A stretch of DNA of 64,000 nucleotides from Eledone cirrhosa (Eukaryota). The notes under the pieces are model-generated. The model had not been told where the DNA came from and searched no databases. It was given only the letters and a program-made list of their open reading frames with translations. This document shows positions 1 through 13,789 of the stretch, piece by piece (the stretch's first letter is position 1; each line of letters starts with the position of its first letter). The stretch lies in the NCBI GenBank assembly GCA_964016885.1, contig OZ024740.1, positions 180,358,001 to 180,422,000 on the forward strand, given 5' to 3'. The translations under genes and the position numbers were made by a program.

Positions 1-8
1 ATTTACTC

Positions 9-222
<214 letters not shown>

Positions 223-624
223 AATTTGGAGCAGGAACAGCCGTACAGTTTATATAGCTGTACAGTTCCGCATTGCAAATTAAATGGGTAGATAAACATA
301 AATCAACTGACAGTATGCAAGCAATTTTAAAAACGATGCCCCGTTTGGAAATATTCATAATCTAAATAATTGAAAAGCATGTTTTTTACAACGTAGTGTT
401 ATTTGTCATTATATTTTTGATGAAATCAACTGACGTATTCCAGTTATATCCTTCATCCAAAAGATACCATATTCTTGTGACATTTGTCTTTGGTATCATT
501 TCATTTGAACGAAGCTATAATTTCCCTATGAATAAACTTATATATGTATACAAAGCCATATTAACATAAACACTCTCACACACACATATGAACATATACA
601 TATACACATGTATACATGTGTATA

Positions 625-1090
<466 letters not shown>

Positions 1091-1150
1091 TATAAATTCA
1101 GATGGTGAAAGTAAACATCATGCAATATTATATATATATATATATAATAT

Positions 1151-1698
1151 AATGGGAATAGGGAAGATGATGTGGTTGAGAGGAAGAGCAAAGCATGGTC
1201 GGCGTGCTACAGCTTGAGATCGGTGTGGGAGTCGGACCTTCGTAAAGACCTGAAAATCCGCCTCTTCATTGCTGTAGTCGAGTATTTGCTGCTGTACGGG
1301 TCTGAGACTTGAACACTGACCAAGAAACTCACTCAGATGGTGGATGGGTGTTACACGAGAATGCTGAGGATGGCTCTGAACATTAATCAGTATACACTGA
1401 GGATGAAAACCTCAGAGCTGTATGGGTGCCTCCCAGACGTCAGCTCAAAAGTGACACAGAGGATACTGAGGGTAGCTGGACATGTTCACCGACATCCAGA
1501 GTTGCCATTGCACTCAGAGCTCCTGTGGGAGCCCCTACATGGACACACCAGAAGACGAGACCGAGGTTAACATATGTTGATGATGCCCTAAGGACAGACA
1601 ATGGTCTGTTGGAGACGCAGGAAATGGCAGCGATAATGAGGGACAGATACCGCTGGAGAGAACTCGTCCATGGATCTCGGGAATTTTACCCGTCCTAG
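1151..1698 (+). mobile_element. RTE-clade LINE, 5'-truncated 3' fragment
   Basis: Translates KSKAW..LRSVW..LLYGSET*TLTKK..DGCYTRMLRMALN..AGHVHRH..RPRLTYVD (RTE C-terminus); same 3' end (ggatctcgggaattttacccg..tag) as copies at 33163 and 47994. Confidence 0.9.
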
Positions 1699-1763
1699 AA
1701 TATATATATATATATATATGTATATATAAGACAAGGGAAGTAAAGCTCTAAATAAAACAGTGG

Positions 1764-2017
1764 GTATAGAGAAAAGGTGAAGTTGGAAATAGCACTGAAA
1801 ATATATTTTCGATATATTATTAAAATCGAAACCGATAATACTTTATATAGTTTATATACTTTATATACATTATAACAATTTAAAACAAAAAAGCATAGTC
1901 CCTCTCTTTATTTCAATAATGTCACTTTGACGAATCAAAGAAAGGAAAAAAAAGAAAAGAAAAACAGACCCTAAAATATATTTTCCGTGCGATTTCCAAC
2001 TTCACCTTTTCTCTATA
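1764..2017. repeat. Small inverted-repeat element (about 45 bp arms) next to (TA)n
   Basis: tatagagaaaaggtgaagttggaaat..aaaatatatttt (1764-1809) is the reverse complement of about 1973-2017. Confidence 0.75.
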
Positions 2018-2365
2018 TATATATATATCCTATATTCTATTCTATGTTTGGAGTCAACGTAAACATGTTACATAACTTTGCAAATACCCCTAATCTTGCA
2101 TGAAAATCAGATGATAGGGCTAGGCCATTGAAATATGTATTGCGCTTCGCTGTATTAAGATTCTAAAGTGAAATTTCCAGTCGGGCATTCTGTTGTTCTT
2201 TTAATGACTACTTTACTCCGTTCCCACACCATCCACTGGATACCAAATCTGCGAAGAATGATTTGCATAACATCGAGTGGTTTATTTAATTTGTTGTTCC
2301 ATCGTTTACCAACTTCAACCGCCTGTTATACCCATTGGTAAGCAGCTTAACATAATTTATATATG

Positions 2366-2424
<59 letters not shown>

Positions 2425-2587
2425 ATATAGGCAACTTGATGTAAAAGCCGTATAATATTATCTCATCTTCTGAACGAAGCACATTCAATCAGACGGTTAG
2501 GCTCAACTTGAATGGTGAATTATATATAGTAATTGGTAATGGAATCATTCCTTCAATAAATAAATAAAAATATACCTTTGTATGAGG

Positions 2588-2634
<47 letters not shown>

Positions 2635-2649
2635 ATAAACAATATTTTG

Positions 2650-2818
2650 TTGAGACGAAGCGAAAGTGTATTAAAATTCATACAAAAATGAAAAACCTCA
2701 AAGCCAGATTAGCTGTTAAAATAGCTCCAAACTATTTTGGCTGTTTTAACAGCTATTCTAATCGTGGAGTTTTCTCATTTTTGTACGAATTTTAATATAA
2801 TCTCTCTTCGTCGCGACA
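2650..2818. repeat. Imperfect hairpin (about 75 bp arms)
   Basis: attaaaattcatacaaaaatga..tagctgttaaaatagc / gctgttttaacagcta..tcatttttgtacgaattttaat. Confidence 0.75.
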
Positions 2819-3265
2819 CGTGATATCAGTGCTTTCTATTTTGAACTGACACTACATTCCTTCAGTGCAAAATCCCGCCTTTTCCATTTTGCAGTCTTCT
2901 GTCACCCATTCTCTCTTTTTCCCGCTCTCCCCGCTACACACTACTTTCTGTCTCTCATGTTTTCTACCACCTCTTCTGTTCTCTTATTTTCTTCATCTTC
3001 TTCAAATTTGTCTTCTTAAGAAACGCACAGGAGTGTCTCTAAAGAAGATAGCTGAACAAACAGCAATTTAGTGACTAAAAGTAGGTGGTAACGTAACTGT
3101 TAACATGCTAGTCGATACATCGAACTTCAAAGATCAATAGGCCCTCTGAACCGATCGTAAAACAATGAACTAATTCAGTACTTTGACTATGTATTGTTTT
3201 CATTCATACACACACACACACACACATATTTACATATATATATACACACACACACACATATATAT

Positions 3266-3316
<51 letters not shown>

Positions 3317-3365
3317 TATATTAATTCAAAATATTAACAAAAATAGAACTTCTTGTGATCAAGTA

Positions 3366-3432
3366 TATTTTATTATACATATTTCACAGGTACTGAGCTA
3401 ACTTCAACAGTACGTCCTCATCAGATAAAATA
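3366..3432 (-). ncRNA. Type I hammerhead ribozyme motif (mirror of 5553-5619)
   Basis: Exact reverse complement of the + strand motif. Confidence 0.7.
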
Positions 3433-5552
3433 AGATGATGAATGACATACCCTGACATAGTAGATGGTTAAGATCCAGTCATGGTAGTGAGTAAGATATG
3501 ACAAAACTCAATATTTATATACCTTAAGATTGATACATGAAAAAACTAACATATAATACATATAATACAGAGGGTGCCTTTAAGAAAGCTTAACAATGCA
3601 TAACAGTAATTTAAATAATTGTTAGAGATTCAAATAATTATTGAAGAAAGAGGAAAGAAAAAAAGACAGAGAGAAATCAGATGAGGGGAAAATATAGCTA
3701 GAGAGCAAAAGAGAATTGATGAACGAAAGGCAGACAAAGAGGAATAATTATAATTATAGAGAGGGATGAATTATATATATCTATACATAACTATACGTTT
3801 GGGCATAGCTATGCGATAGAGTAAACTCGAATCATTGAATTATTGAATTATCTAGAAACATTCATCAATCTAAATCCTAAATATAACTGGGTGTAATCAA
3901 TAAAGGCTAATTTCCATAGTTAATTAGTTATATATACTATCCAAACGTATCCGGTTGACCGGTAACTTTCAAATCATTTAAGTTAGTTCAGAATAATGAA
4001 TTAATTAAAGTGTATAATATTTCAGGCTATAAAGGTTTATAAATATCTGTATTAATATTAAAGTATATTATCATACTTAATTCATAAAATTATATTTTAT
4101 GAATTCATATTTAAACTATTTGCAAACATGTGAGAAAAGACATGCTATTTTTCATCCTCTCGAAGGTAAATCTTAATAATTGTATTATAATACATTTAAT
4201 TATTTATATTATATTGAAGATAAATCGCATTATATAATTTATAAAATAATTACAGTTATGAATTTAAAAAAAAAATCAGATTAACAATTAGAATGCCTTA
4301 AAGCAACAAAATGCCTTATAATTAAACTTAAAAAAGTTTATTATTAAATTAGATATATGCATTTGTCTAAATATAAACTAAGATTATATTGTCTAAATAT
4401 TAAGATGATACCTATCATTTATATATAACATAATATAATACAATAAATAAGTTACTGATAATATTGTTAAACATTAAGGTTTTAGATCAATTATTATAAT
4501 AAGGTAACACATATATACTATAAATATACAAGTCATACTTCTTGAATCATACGGATAAGAATCTGATTCAAAGTAAAAAAAGTGAATTGTTTGCGATCTT
4601 AGATTTTCTTTATAAATTTATATAGTAGTATAATATGTTTGCAAACATGAGAAGAAGAGAGCCTAAGGGTTTCATTGACTCGAAGGTAAGCCAAATTTAA
4701 TTTAATTAATCTGAATGTTATAACTGTAATTATTTTATAAATTATATAATGCGAAATATCTTCAATATAATATAAATATTTAAATATATTATAATAAAAT
4801 TATTAAGATTTACCTTCGAGAGGATGAAAAATAGCATGTCTTCTCTCTCATGTTTGCAAATAGTTTAAATATGAATTCATAAAATATGATTTTATAAATT
4901 AAATATGATAGTATACTTTAATATTAATACAGATATTTATAAACTTTTATAGCTTGAAATATTATACACTTTAATTAATTCATTACTCTGAACTAACTTA
5001 AATGATTTGAAAGTTACCCGTCAACCGGATACGTTTGGATAGTATATGTAACTAATTAAATAAGGAAGTTAACATTTATTGATTACATCCAGTTATATTT
5101 AGGATTTAGATTGATGAATATTTCTAGATAATTCAAAAAATTCAATGATTCGAGTTTACTTTTAGCTATGCGCAAATGTATAGTTATGTATAGATATATA
5201 TAATTCATCCCTCTCTATAATTATAATTATACCTCTTTGTCTCACTTTCCTTGATCAATTCTCTTTTGCTCTCTATACCTCTTCTAGCTATATTTTCCCC
5301 TCATCTGATTCATCTCTGTCTTTTTTTTTTTCATCTTTCTTCAATAATTATTTGAATCTCTAACAGTTATTTAAATTACTGTTATGTATTTTTAAGCATT
5401 CTTACACGTACCCTCTGTATTATATGTATTATATGTAAGTGTTTTCATGTATCAATCTTAAGGTATATAAATATTGAGTTTTGTCATATCTTACTTTCTA
5501 CCATGAATGGATCTTAACCATCTACTATGTCAAGTTATGTAATGCATCATCT

Positions 5553-5619
5553 TATTTTATCTGATGAGGACGTACTGTTGAAGTTAGCTCAGTACCTGTG
5601 AAATATGTATAATAAAATA
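5553..5619 (+). ncRNA. Type I hammerhead ribozyme motif
   Basis: tattttat-CTGATGA-ggac[gtactg..cagtac]ctgt-GAAA-tatgta-TA-ataaaata; 8-bp stem I. Confidence 0.7.
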
Positions 5620-5772
5620 TATTTGATCACAAGAAGTTCTATTTTTGTTAATATTTTGAATTAATATTAATAACTCCCGGAAAACCATAACAGTTGAGTG
5701 CTTCCAATCTATTGTAAAACCAATTCTTTGATTTATTCATTGAACCTTGTTGAACCTTTAAATATATATATA

Positions 5773-5841
<69 letters not shown>

Positions 5842-6766
5842 AATCTAACTGTCAGATGAACGTGCTTTGCCGAGGAGATATCATAATATTGCATGATGTT
5901 TATATATACCAAGCTGTCTAAAAGTGTTATAAAACATGTTTCAATGAAGACTACCTTTGATTTCCCGTTGGCTTGTTCCCTTTATTTAAATATTACCAAA
6001 GTGAGTTTCAATAAAACAATTTATTCACTGAAATACATCTCGGAAATTGTTGATCATCATTAACAGCGTGTGTAAAATTTCGGGTATTATTTTATGTAGT
6101 TATCATGTGCTGTGATATAACAGACCTTCGGCAAACGTGTAGCTAATATTATAATGGCATTGTGCTGTTTTGAAAACATATAATACTATATAATTGTAAA
6201 CGATATATATGTAGATATATCAAATGTTCTGAACAGAATTTGATTGAACTTTTTACCTAGAAACATCATTGATATATAAAATTGATCCATCTGAAGCTCT
6301 TTCTAGCACTATATAAGGCCTATACTGTCTTGCTTGTGGACACTTCTATAAAACGTCATACACCATGTGGAGATTATTTCAATATTATCTTCCAAGTGTC
6401 GATGACTTGAATTTCAATGCAGCATCAGATATATTTAGATCTAAACATATTGTAAAAAGAATCATGGTCGTAATAATGTTTACCAGCATCGATATAATGT
6501 GATCGATGCTTATTACGGTAATCAATGGTAAGCATTCTAAACATCTGCCTATGTAACTAGAGTAAGTAGAGTGTAATCTTTATATAAATACAGCACTATT
6601 TTAACACCTAAGATTATGTTTTTAAATGTGTATGTAAATCTACCTCTTTTGCTCTCTCTATATGTATAAAATACAAGTTTCTGTCTCAATTGATATATCT
6701 ACGTTTAAACACACACACACAGACACACACACACATACATATATACATTTGTGTGTGTCTGTCCGA

Positions 6767-6804
<38 letters not shown>

Positions 6805-6806
<2 letters not shown>

Positions 6807-7410
6807 AGTTGATGGACCCAGCATATTTATCAATGCCAGGACCGGTTGTATCTGAGGGTACTCAATAGGTAATGTAGGATACATTCTCAGAGTATGCACA
6901 TAATTATTCGCTTCAATACAACACACACGAACGGGTGCCTATGGTATTTCCAGGACTCGAGTTTCGGCCACCCTTAATGCAGCAGTGTGGTGCAATGCAC
7001 CCTATGTCTGCATATATTATGCAACAATGCATAATCGGCGCATGTGGCTTCATCAGCGGGTATCGCCTAATCAATAACAAATCGATCGACAGAATTCAAT
7101 CCCAGTCCATGCCGGCTATGACTGTATGTGACGGCCGACACGGTAAAGTGATTACCAACTGGAATCTGATAGAACTCTGTCCCCCGACCAGCCACTGATT
7201 TACAAATTTACGTGGTGGCGTGAGATTAGAAAACAAATATTTCCGCTCCCACCAAAAGACTTAGCCAACGTGTCTCAAACACAAATTAATAAGATAGTGA
7301 AAAGTTGGTTATTAGTAACAGCAGTACCATATCGACGTACAATAGAATGGTAGCATTCGGCTTAAGTCTCCAAGTCCCATGGCTAGTAACAATGGTAGTG
7401 CCAAGAACCT
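6805..7410 (-). mobile_element. About 600 bp non-coding dispersed repeat carrying an HHR (copy 1)
   Basis: Diverged reverse complement of 16413-17030 along its whole length. Confidence 0.85.
6950..7060 (-). ncRNA. Hammerhead ribozyme with long stem-II insert
   Basis: rc: cccg-CTGATGA-a-gccac-[~70 nt]-gtggc-c-GAAA-ctcgag-TC-ctgg. Confidence 0.75.
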
Positions 7411-8489
7411 TTATCGGACATTAACTGTTGTGGTTAGCATTTTTAGAAATAATTCTTATATATCAGTATATATATGAGGAAGCATTTCACTAATGGTCCA
7501 TTACGTAATAGAGACGAAAGGTCATTTCTAGTCATTGGTATAAATGAACGCGACAAAAAGAAAATTAATTGTTTGCACCTGCATTCAACACTCACCTAAC
7601 TGGAAATTTGCAGAGTGCGTTAAAATTAATGTCATACGAGTAGGAAATATTGTATGGTACATCGTTACTTGTTTCACAGTGATAAGGTTGATAAAGATTT
7701 AAATAAATATTATGTTCTCTTGAACTTTTCAACTAATTGCTGAAACAAGCTTTTTTGAAATACATTTATTATGGTATTCTGCCATTTAGGACATCCGATT
7801 ACCTTCTACAGGAAGGTGCATGGACTATTTAACTGAATATATCACATGTTTGGTGTTTATTAATACTTTTCTGATAAATGCTAAAATCAATCGTGTATAA
7901 ATTTGAATAGATAATGTAAAACGACCTTTGCCAAATAGTTATATGTATTTATATAATCGATATTATATTTTAAATAAACCAAATGCCAAACATAATTCAC
8001 ATTTTCCATCTATATTTTGTAGTTCAAATAAGTACTTTAAACGCTGTCGATTCAATTGATTATATCACCCCAGGACGGAATGTCTGGCATATTGCCAATC
8101 ATAACAGTATTTTTATTGTTGGAGGATTTTCTATGCGATAATCAATAATGCATAGTACAAAATGCTTTTGTACGTATTTGATTAGGTTTCATGACACCAT
8201 GAGTTCTAAACTTACGTAGAGGAGACGTACATATCAGTAAGCTAGTTCACATAATCTAAATACGGAAAGAAGTTACTGGTTGTATGTCTAATCGACTGAC
8301 AATCTCCACTTAAAATGCGAAGCACAATACATAAAGCCTGTATTAAAATTGCTTTAATAAGAATCTGAATGTTACAACTACTGTTACTGTGGTAAAACTT
8401 TAACAAGGTCAACTACAGAACAAAATTGAAGACGTAATTGTGATATTTAGCAGATGTCCAGCGGGGAATTCAGCTAGTCATATATATAT

Positions 8490-8890
8490 TGAAAAGTGAA
8501 ATGACAGGTGTCCAAATATGGTGATTTTCTTTATTTTTTTATTACTTTAAACACTATGCACATTTCATTTGCCAGGTTGCGTAAGAACCCAGTCATCTCA
8601 TCAGGAGTAAATTGAATAATAGGTGTATACCAACGGATTGTTTGTAAGCTTTAAGGAAACAAGCAAACAGGTGGGCGAGCAATGTGGCAGCATGCTACTA
8701 CGTCCGTCTCTCTGTCAGAAGCATAGCATACACATTTTTCTCTCTTTCACTTTTCTTTGCTTGTTTCCTTCTATTAAGCAATTTACACCTTTTCTTGCGA
8801 AAGCTGACCACTGAATGTGCATAGTGTTTACATTAATAACACATTAAGGAAATTCAATATATTTGGCCTCCTGTCGTTTCACTTGTTAAT
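8490..8890 (-). mobile_element. Small element with inverted ends (8495-8564 / 8814-8885) and HHR at 8551-8608
   Basis: rc: actc-CTGATGA-gatgactgggtt..aacctggcaaat-GAAA-tgtgca-TA-gtgt; ends are reverse complements. Confidence 0.65.
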
Positions 8891-9669
8891 ACATTTACTC
8901 CGTTCAGGCACCACCAAAATGATTCAACATTGAAGATGGAAGAGTTGCATAATGTCGAGTGGTTTTCTCATATTACGTCAGGATTAACACTGCAGAATGA
9001 TCAATTCTACCCTGACGTGTATATATATATATGGTTTGAAGTACTGCAGGTTATGTAACCTTGAGCTATTTTACATACTAAAATCCCAAAACAAACTACT
9101 TAACGATAGAATTGAACGATCATTATACTGCAACCACAAACTAAAAGCTAAATTCTCTCACTATAAAATAACTTAACATTCGAACCCGTAACTACAACAC
9201 CACTTTCTAGCTAACAACCTTCTCTTCTCCCCCACACTACAAGACAATACACTGCTTATCACTATACATGGTAACTCAGTACAATTCCTAGATTACTACT
9301 ACAAAACCAAAAGTTCACTCACCACATATACTTTATCTGTCCCCTCTCTACCTATATATCTCTCTCTACATCCATTACACACTCTCTCTCTCACCTTTGA
9401 CCTACCACCCTCTCAACATCTATGAACCTGACATCTGGGGCAATAAATAATTCCGACCTCAACTATCTACGCATCTCTCCAAAAGTAACTATTAAAACCC
9501 CTACCATAACATTTTGATTAAGATATCTATAAGCCACTCTCTCCTACTTCTCCAACCCCTGCATATCTTTCCTTCTCTCTCCTTCTTCCCCACTTTTCTC
9601 TCTTCATGTTCCACTCTATCTTCCCCAACAACCCCACTTAAGGGTTTTTACATTGTATATTTACCATTC

Positions 9670-9781
9670 TGCTCTGAGGAAACAGTGGTCACAGCATTGG
9701 ATATTCGAGTTCTGCAAATACTTGTGAATTTGCACGTAGCGGAACTAGGCTGCAGTACCACCGTGGAAACACTTGTAAGCA
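9670..9781 (+). ncRNA. Hammerhead ribozyme with long stem-II insert, at the 3' end of a CT-rich pLTR-like segment (about 9033-9975)
   Basis: tgct-CTGAGGA-a-acagtggt-[~65 nt]-accaccgt-g-GAAA-cacttg-TA-agca, followed by AATAAA. Confidence 0.7.
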
Positions 9782-9973
9782 CACGGAATAAACTACCTTT
9801 TTATGATGTCTACCTGTTATTATTCATTCTTTATATACACTCCGGAATACTGAAGGATCAGGAACTAAGTTTCTTGAACAATTCTTCCATAACTCGTAGA
9901 GTAACCTCTTACCGTACGTCAACCATATCCGGTTTAGTAATTAACCATCACTACATCTTGGATAATCCTATAC

Positions 9974-10022
<49 letters not shown>

Positions 10023-10359
10023 ATCATTCTGCAGTGGCTTGCTTGCATAATTGCAAACCAATCGAATATTACTATTAATATTCGAAACACTCAGGTTACA
10101 TTTATTGTATCAGGCCATGTAGAACGAAATTTTGTTTATATTATTTGAATATGGCAAAGCCGGCCATTGATCGCTCGTATATAGGAAACTGACTGGCCAA
10201 TCTGCTGATATGCAAATGTGGTTGATCAGTGAATCTGCTATTATGCAGATCTGACTGATCAGCGAATCTGCTAATATGCAATTCAGGCAGATCAGTCACT
10301 GTATATTTTAGAAAATATCATATATTTTCATTAGCTCTGACAGTTGGCAGGTGAACAGT

Positions 10360-10409
10360 GAACTGTACTGATGAAGGGTAATACCAAGAAACATTAGTGT
10401 CTGCAGTTC
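10360..10409 (+). ncRNA. Type I hammerhead ribozyme
   Basis: gaactgta-CTGATGA-agggtaataccaa-GAAA-cattagtg-TC-tgcagttc; 8-bp stem I extendable by gtgaacag/ctgtttac; weak stem II. Confidence 0.8.
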
Positions 10410-10525
10410 TGTTTACATGCCAACACAAGAGCAGGAATGAGGGGCACATTCTACTGATATGACTTTAACAATTAGGCTTGTTTGCATAATTGCAAACGAA
10501 TCGAATATTATTATTAATATTCGAA

Positions 10526-10713
10526 CGGTGGATTGGCAGTAGCGGTAAGGGATCGGACGCCTGCTTTGACGCATAGAGTTACGGCCCTTCCCATTCTGAG
10601 TTCAAATCCCGCCGATGTTAACTTTGCCTTTCATCCTTACGGGGTCGATAAAATAAAGTACCAGTAATACACTGGGTTTTTGCTGGCCTTGTGCCAAAAG
10701 TGGAAACAATTAT
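10526..10713 (+). mobile_element. tRNA-derived SINE, family B (cephalopod-type)
   Basis: A-box-like tggcagtagcgg, B box gagttcaaatccc, core tttgcctttcatccttacggggtcgataaaataaagtaccag, tail ggccttgtgccaaaagtggaaacaattatt; multicopy in window. Confidence 0.9.
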
Positions 10714-13089
10714 TTCATATACGAAAAACTCGAGTTATATTTATTGTATTCAGCCATGTAGAGCGAAAATGTATGTATATATATATATATATGTGTGTGT
10801 GTGTCTGTGTGTTTATACCTTATGAGAGTTTCATTACAAAAAATAAAAATCTCTTACCAAATTATAGACAGAGTTAACTGAAACCAATGAAGCGTAGTTG
10901 AACGTGTACTAGTACTTACACGAACCTTTGATCTTATTAGTGTATTTTGAACCTATGACCGATATAAGAAAGTACTGATTGAAGCATACCCAATTCAGAC
11001 AATGATGGCAAATAGACGTGTCCGTTGTTAACATTATAATAGTCGGTTATTGATGTTCAAACGAATTAAAGATAAATATTGAGTGAAAACTGCAAGACAT
11101 TCTAGAACCGATGCCAATAATGCTGGAAGCATTAGAATATTTACTGATTTCCACTATGCTTTCCTTACTTAAGTAGAATCTGCCAAACGGTGTTATATCC
11201 AGTCTATAACATCGGATTATGATAAATAACTCTCTTTTATATTAATATAAAAGAAATGTTGGAGACATGCGATGTTACAGAGATGCTCCTGCCTTCCTGA
11301 ATTTTCTCTTCTATAATTAATGAGAAAATTATGTTGGAAATATCAAGAAATGAAACAAAATTTTAAGTGACGTCAGATTCAAAATTACTATTTCTGTGTA
11401 TATTATTATAATTATAATGATATGAATAGTGCTTGTCTGTATTTATTTACTTCAAATTCATAGTAATATCATTCATTCATTTCTTCGTTGGTATTCTTCA
11501 ACTGTAATTAGTTATACAGTTGTTTTTATCATTATTTTAAATATCCTGTAAATATATTGCATATGGAACGTGTCTAACATCCAAATAGTCATGTATATTT
11601 TATATATAAGCAATTTCTAGGCACCACTTTATAATACTATTGTATTTATTAATGTATTTTACTACTCGAGACTTTACTGAAAGACGTTTTCATGTATATT
11701 ATTATAACTTATCATTCACCGGGGCTAGCCTTGCCTTTCACTTTTATGTGGCTTGCCGACAAAATAAAGTGCCAATATTGCATTGGCGTAGATTTAATCG
11801 ACATTTCTCTACATCACAGATTGTTAGCTTTGTGCCAAAATCATAAACCATTATTTTAACTGAATCCCACATTGTTTCAAGCCCTTCCTCGTTGACGCCA
11901 GGGATGCCACTGGTGTTCGATATGAGATTCTGTGACGTCATTGGCAAGGCAATACTTTTTCCGTGTGTTTATTGTGAGAGCTCCATGGGAAAAAAAGCAT
12001 ATTTATACTGATATATTTCTGAGAACATATATATCATATGGCTCAGAATTTCATTCTGTAACGACATGGCTTCGAGGTCGATTTCACTATAGCCATTATA
12101 ATTATCACCATGCTTACATACATCAACATTTTCAGCATCTACTTTATCATTGGCATTATCATCAGCAGGAACAATATAACAGATTAGTGCTAATATTGAC
12201 TTTAGAATACCATATTGTATATCATCTCGAAAACACATACTAACACGAACACAACCCTGTTCATCATCATCATCTTCAATACAATTATGATTCACGGCAT
12301 TATCCTTATACTCAATACAATGGTGATTTCATTAGCCTGTTAGATATTTTTTATTCATATGTCAACTAACAAATATGAATAATAACAGCACTTATACTGA
12401 AAAAAAAGCAAGGGAATATCATCACAAATAAGAGAGAAATAAATCGATAGGTTAATTATATTTTCTACTTCTAGTCTTCTCCCTCGTGTCAGGATTTGCA
12501 GAGTAGCAGATGAATTGCCGGATGTTACTTATGAATCATCGTTTCTTAGAATATGAGTTCAAATCTACTCTGTGTTGGCATTGGCAGTTATGCTCTCGTG
12601 TTTTATGTGAAATTATTTTATTAACATCGTATTAACACACATGTCACAATTCCTACAAACATGAACCAACGGAACACAATCCACAAGCTAGATTGAATTT
12701 TGTGTGAATTCAATAACATCTTATGTCATATATATGAGTAGGACATGTATTTTTTCGAAGAATTATGTAAGCAGTTCTAAGGAAGCAATAGCTTCGATAG
12801 ATCAAAGCAACAGCCGAATGGTTACTCCAGAAAGTTATATATCGAAACACCACTACGATCTAGGCACAGAGACTTTCACACTCTCCGCTTCCCCTCCATT
12901 TCTTCCATGGCCGAATAGTCCTTGCTTTTCTCTCCTTTTCATTTATGGCATTTCAATTTTACTTTCTTATATAGCCAGATCTGCCCTTCTTTACACTCTC
13001 CCCCTCATTTCATTTCTTAATTTTTGTTTACTTCCTTTTTTTTCTTATTGCCTTAATAGTGTAGCTATTTGTGTCTTGAAAACTCATGA

Positions 13090-13748
13090 AAGCAAGATGG
13101 CGTAGGACAGAATAAAGAGAGAAACAAACGAATAAAAACATAGTCACTGTGGAGATCAGAGAGTGTGTGACGAATGAAATTTGACAATATATAAACAAAC
13201 ATCGGGTTATCGAACCATCAACCAACCGAAAATTTATAATAAATTGAAGTGAAAACCAACAGGTGCGTGTATTTTTATTGGCAGCATAGCCCTCCCATAT
13301 TATAACAATATGTGTTTCAACACACGTTTTCAGACAAGAAATCTTGCAAAACAAATTCAAAACGAAATATATTCTTTTTATTAAGGATAAATAGTGCGAC
13401 TTGTTACTCTGGAGGTTCGCCTGGTTATCCTAGTCTCATCAGACAAGAAGTAATACTTCAATAGCAGACATAGTATTAATAAAGGAAGACTCGATGTGAT
13501 CTAGAGATATCTAATTTAGGAGGGGATAATTAAAGTAGGGTGGCGAGGGTAATGGTGGATGGTAGGTATGCGGGAAAAAGAAGATTATAATGGGTGATAA
13601 TCAACAAACCCATAGAAGTTTAGGTGGTCAGTTAGAGCCAGGTGGTGGATTTGAATGAGTGTTTATAGGGTGTGTTAGTGTAAATGTCGTTGGGATTGGC
13701 AGGATGAATTGGTGTATGGAACATACATATATCTACAATTACACATGT

Positions 13749-13789
<41 letters not shown>

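Larger units (their letters stand above)
3320..5760. mobile_element. Fold-back PLE-derived element: about 940 bp inverted arms (3320-4259 / 4720-5665), each with an HHR, between (TA)n tracts
   Basis: Arms are high-identity reverse complements; HHR and terminus resemble the pseudo-LTR (pLTR) of the PLE at 53650-56650. Confidence 0.8.
10022..10770 (+). mobile_element. Retrozyme/pLTR-like partial tandem (about 440 bp period), second repeat split by a SINE
   Basis: 10036-10130 is repeated as 10475-10525 plus 10720-10770; HHR lies between the repeats. Confidence 0.65.

Noticed and set aside
10526-10620. tRNA gene suggested by A/B boxes
   Set aside because: No cloverleaf, and it continues into a multicopy SINE body
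11744-12295. Minus-strand ORFs of 67 and 108 aa as possible host exons
   Set aside because: Low-complexity (CAT)n-derived sequence overlapping a degenerate SINE tail; no recognisable domain or splice pattern
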